Source: Lama guanicoe
Lineage: Eukaryota
Assembly (NCBI GenBank): GCA_013239625.1
Contig: MU053493.1
Location: 1,373,793-1,437,792, forward strand
Direction: 5' to 3'
DNA length: 64,000 nt
The translations under genes were made by a program, and so were the position numbers. The notes beneath the pieces are model-generated. The model ran no database searches. It worked only from the letters and a program-made list of their open reading frames with translations, and was not told where the DNA came from. This document shows positions 60,618-64,000 of the stretch, in pieces. The number at the start of each line of letters is the position of its first letter. Position 1 is the stretch's first letter.

Positions 60618-62539
60618 GCTTTCCACTTCGAAGACCTTAGGGGTGGTGCTAACGGCAAACAATCTGTCATGGGATGGAGGAGGTCTGACTGGGGACACTG
60701 AGCCACCCATGTACCCAGAATAAGTTACAGAGTCTACCCTGAGGGCCAGCTCACACCCCAACATCACTGACAAGGCCATGAGGAGATAGTTTCTGGTTTC
60801 CCCCTAAACAGTACTGACCAGCCTCCCCTGCAGAAAGCAAATCCCTTCCAGGCAGGCCTGACAGCTCCTACCTTTGCTCGAAAACCTCCCTCAGTGGGGC
60901 CTTCCCTGGCTGAAGGCCAGTGCCTGGCAACGGGAAATTCTTCTATTTCATGAACCTTGGCTAGCCTCTGCCCTCCGGGATGACCCTGCCTCCACCAGAT
61001 GCCCCTCCGCCCTACCTGCTCAAGGGCAGCTCTCTGGTCAACCCAGGCCCTGCCGTCCCCAGAGACGTGCTGCAGGCTGGGGTGGCCCAGCCGGGTCTCG
61101 CCCATATTCGGTCTGGTGAGACAGGTTTGTCTCAGCGGGCAGCGGCTCTGGTCAGGGACTTGCTGTCATCTGTTGATCTGTCGGCTGTTTTGCATTCTCA
61201 CCCTGTTAACTTAGTACGGTGACTACTATATCCTCACACCTATGTGGGCCCGCTTCCCCCACGCCCACAGCACTGCATCTGACTGCCCAAAGTTTGACCT
61301 TTCATCCAAGTCCTGATAAAAATGTAGAGAGGGTGGGGCCCAGAAGGGCCTGGGGCTGACCCCACAGTGACACCTGGTCACTGTCCAGTCCTGAGGTCCC
61401 GTCACTGCAGACCCTCCCCCCAATACTGCTTAGGTGCTGTTTGTGGACACATACTAGAAATTTGTTTTATAAACACCAGGAAAATTATTGTTTATTCTCT
61501 TCCATCTGTACTATAAGGGGCCTCTCAAGGTCTCCAGGGATCCTAGGTTCCTGAGATGGGGCGGCCGGAATGCCAGGCCTCTCTCTTGGAAAGGAACCCC
61601 AGCAGAACCCACGACCTCTTTCAGACCTTACCAGTGACGTCATAACTGATGTCTGCTTTTTCCCGTCAATATTTTTAAAGCATCTGGGCTCTCAGCACAC
61701 ATTTATGGAAGCGCCCACTCTCGCTTGCTGCTGTCTGGGGAGTTCTTGAGCAACCAGGAACCATGTCCAAGAAGGTGTGCCCTGGGATGTCCTGGGAAGA
61801 CACTCCAACCAAGACTGGGCTCCGAACATCTCAGCACCAGAAAGACTTTTGTTTGATAAACGTGTGCTTGTTTTACTGAGGGTCCAGTGTGCGCTGGGCC
61901 TGTCCACTCCCCACCCCCACTCCTTATCTGTAGTGCAGAAAACAAGCCTTCATCACAAAACGGTGGCCAGCGGAAATGTCGCTTTCAGAAAAAGCATCTC
62001 TGATCACCTGCAATGCATTCCTTCGTGGCTTTTACGTAGCCTATGAACAACAAGTGGTAACGTTAAGAATCACATACAGTCCCAGATGCAGTCCTGGGTC
62101 TGCATCTGGTGAGGGCTGGGACTATGGGGGGGAATTACCTCATCTTCCTTCCCAGTCACGGTCCAAGCCCCCTCATGGCCTCCTCCACCGGCCACGCGGA
62201 CTCTCCCTGCTGCTGTGGACAGGCCCTGCTCTGAGGAGCGGCCGGGGGCAGCTCATGCCCACAGGAGATTTAAATGGGATCTGCTGTCACCACGTGGAGT
62301 GGGAGTATGATAAGCTAAGATGGGTCCTGGAGTTGGGGTTGGGGGTGAGGGGGCAGGACAGGCAGCCAGAAAAGCGCTCAATCCCTACAAAGTCTTCCTC
62401 TCCTGTGAAAGGCCTGCAAGTTCTCAGCCAAGTACACAAACCGCCTGAGTTGGGTCATTTGGGTTCCCCTCCCCTCCCCTCCCCCCAATCCCACACCCTC
62501 TCCAGGGCCTGCCCATCAAAGGACCAGCCCTGGCAACTA

Positions 62540-64000
62540 AAATAATGAATCATAAATTTTATTTCAAAATGTAAACGTCACTAAAACATGCATACACGTT
62601 AAAACAATAAAATTTACAATTTAGTTAATTTTTTTTCCTTTTTTTTGCATAGGACATCATTACAATATAGAATCTATGCCTTACAAAATACATACAAAGT
62701 TTTATCCGAGCAAGCCAAGGCCAGACCGGGGACTGAACAGCTGTAATACTTGACTGTAGTGGTCCAGGAAAGGTGGGACATGGCCTTCGGAAGCATGGTG
62801 TGTGGTGCTGGTTACAAAAACGACAACAGAAAGTTCCTACAGAAATGGAAAACGTGTGCTCGATGGAAATGGTCTTGGACCCTTGGATTCTACCTTGGGG
62901 TTTTGGCAAACAATTCCAGAGAAGCTCCGTCAATGGCTTTGGGTGGGGGAGGGGCTGTCTGTGCGGAGTCCAGGGCCACTGAGTCCCAGAGGCAGTCACC
63001 CCGCACAGCCACATGCCGATTCCTGGCCCTGCACCAGCCGGACCCCGCACAGCTGCTCAGGAGAGCCCCATGCCAAGGTCTTCCAGCCCCCAGGGTCCCC
63101 AGCGATCACAGAAGGGATTCTCCAAGGTGAGGAGGGCAGGCTGGGGAGGGAGGGGCTGGCCGGGCACAGGGTGCCAAGCGGGAGAGACAGCCTGCACCCA
63201 ACGTGCGGTCACCCGGCAGGCATTCAGCTCATGCCCTTGGTTTCCAAATGAGCATGTGCAGCAGCCTGTGGACAGGTGACTGGGAAGATGTCCCCGAGCC
63301 CCGGGAGAAAGCTGCATTCGTGCACCCTGCCCCCACGCTTCCTATGTCCCCCATGGGGAATGTATGGTGTGCAGGGCGGGGGACGCCGCTTTCTCCTGTC
63401 CTGTTCATCTTTAAATAAAAGTAGTAAGGTTTTAAAGCTGCATGAGAGGGGAGAGGCTGGGCAGGGCCAGGGGGCCCACTGCAAGTCCGATATCCAGATA
63501 AGAGGGTCAGTAGAAACCAAGTGTGGCCCCTCTTCCCTGGTGGCCCCGGGCTCATGCCTCCCACCAACTTCAGCTCTTCCAACCGAGAGACAGAACAGCA
63601 TGGAGGGAAGGGCCTCTCCCTAAACGATGTTCAGGCATTTATCAGTAGTAAGCTGGATTGTGCATTCAAATTCTGGTACAAAATTCTCTGGAATGTGTCT
63701 GGGACAAATTTCTGAAACCCAGCCTCAGAATCAGGAAAATCAGTTACAGGACCTGGCTTTTCCCAGGGCAATCCTGAATTCAAAGTGTCAGCCCACACCC
63801 ACTATTTCAGCTTTGGAAAATGCGGTCACTAGTATCACACACAGAACCTTTGGGTAGCAAAGATGGGGGTGACTCGCAAAGCGTTTCTTACTGGCTGCAA
63901 AGTGGCCAACACATCAACCCCTTTAAATCTTCCAGCACTGAGTCTTTGAATGACTTTGTAAAAAGGGGTTAAAAATAAAAAGAAAGAAATCAGCTATAGC
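62540..64000 (-). other. Distal 3'UTR of an unidentified minus-strand gene whose body lies beyond the right edge
   Basis: Repeat-free block ending in a typical mRNA terminus on the minus strand: U-rich tracts and several UGUA motifs, then AATAAA (TTTATT at 62558-62563). Gene not identified with confidence. Confidence 0.75.
62558..62563 (-). terminator. Polyadenylation signal AATAAA
   Basis: TTTATT on + strand, preceded on the minus strand by U-rich/UGUA elements. Cleavage expected near 62540. Confidence 0.75.

Noticed and set aside
61635..61642. Full CRE palindrome TGACGTCA
   Set aside because: A single 8-mer without supporting context; could occur by chance in 64 kb.

Overview
This is mammalian genomic DNA, almost certainly camelid: about 14 copies of the camelid tRNA-derived Vic-1-type SINE plus cetartiodactyl L1 3' ends. 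It is mostly GC-rich, repeat-laden and non-coding, and I found no intact protein-coding exon. The recognisable gene-derived pieces are a disabled processed pseudogene of PIGF (minus strand, ~25.8-26.7 kb) and the distal 3'UTR/poly(A) site of an unidentified minus-strand gene entering from the right edge (~62.5-64 kb). Two CpG-rich promoter-like islands lie at ~19 kb and ~55 kb; the latter has a candidate first exon, a splice donor and an RE1-like motif. Other repeats include L1 fragments, a Tigger1 derivative, MER20/MER53/MER91, MaLR/MLT2 LTRs and three ERV1-like solo-LTR families present twice each. The most interesting signals are retrotranspositional. Several SINEs have target-site duplications (TSDs) that enclose extra unique 3' sequence, i.e. 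apparent SINE 3' transductions. A ~1.57 kb TSD-flanked, A-tailed AT-rich orphan insert carries a candidate 42-nt exon. Repeat names come from recalled consensus sequences, and boundaries are approximate unless a TSD/TIR is given. I see no evidence for a new multi-gene system.
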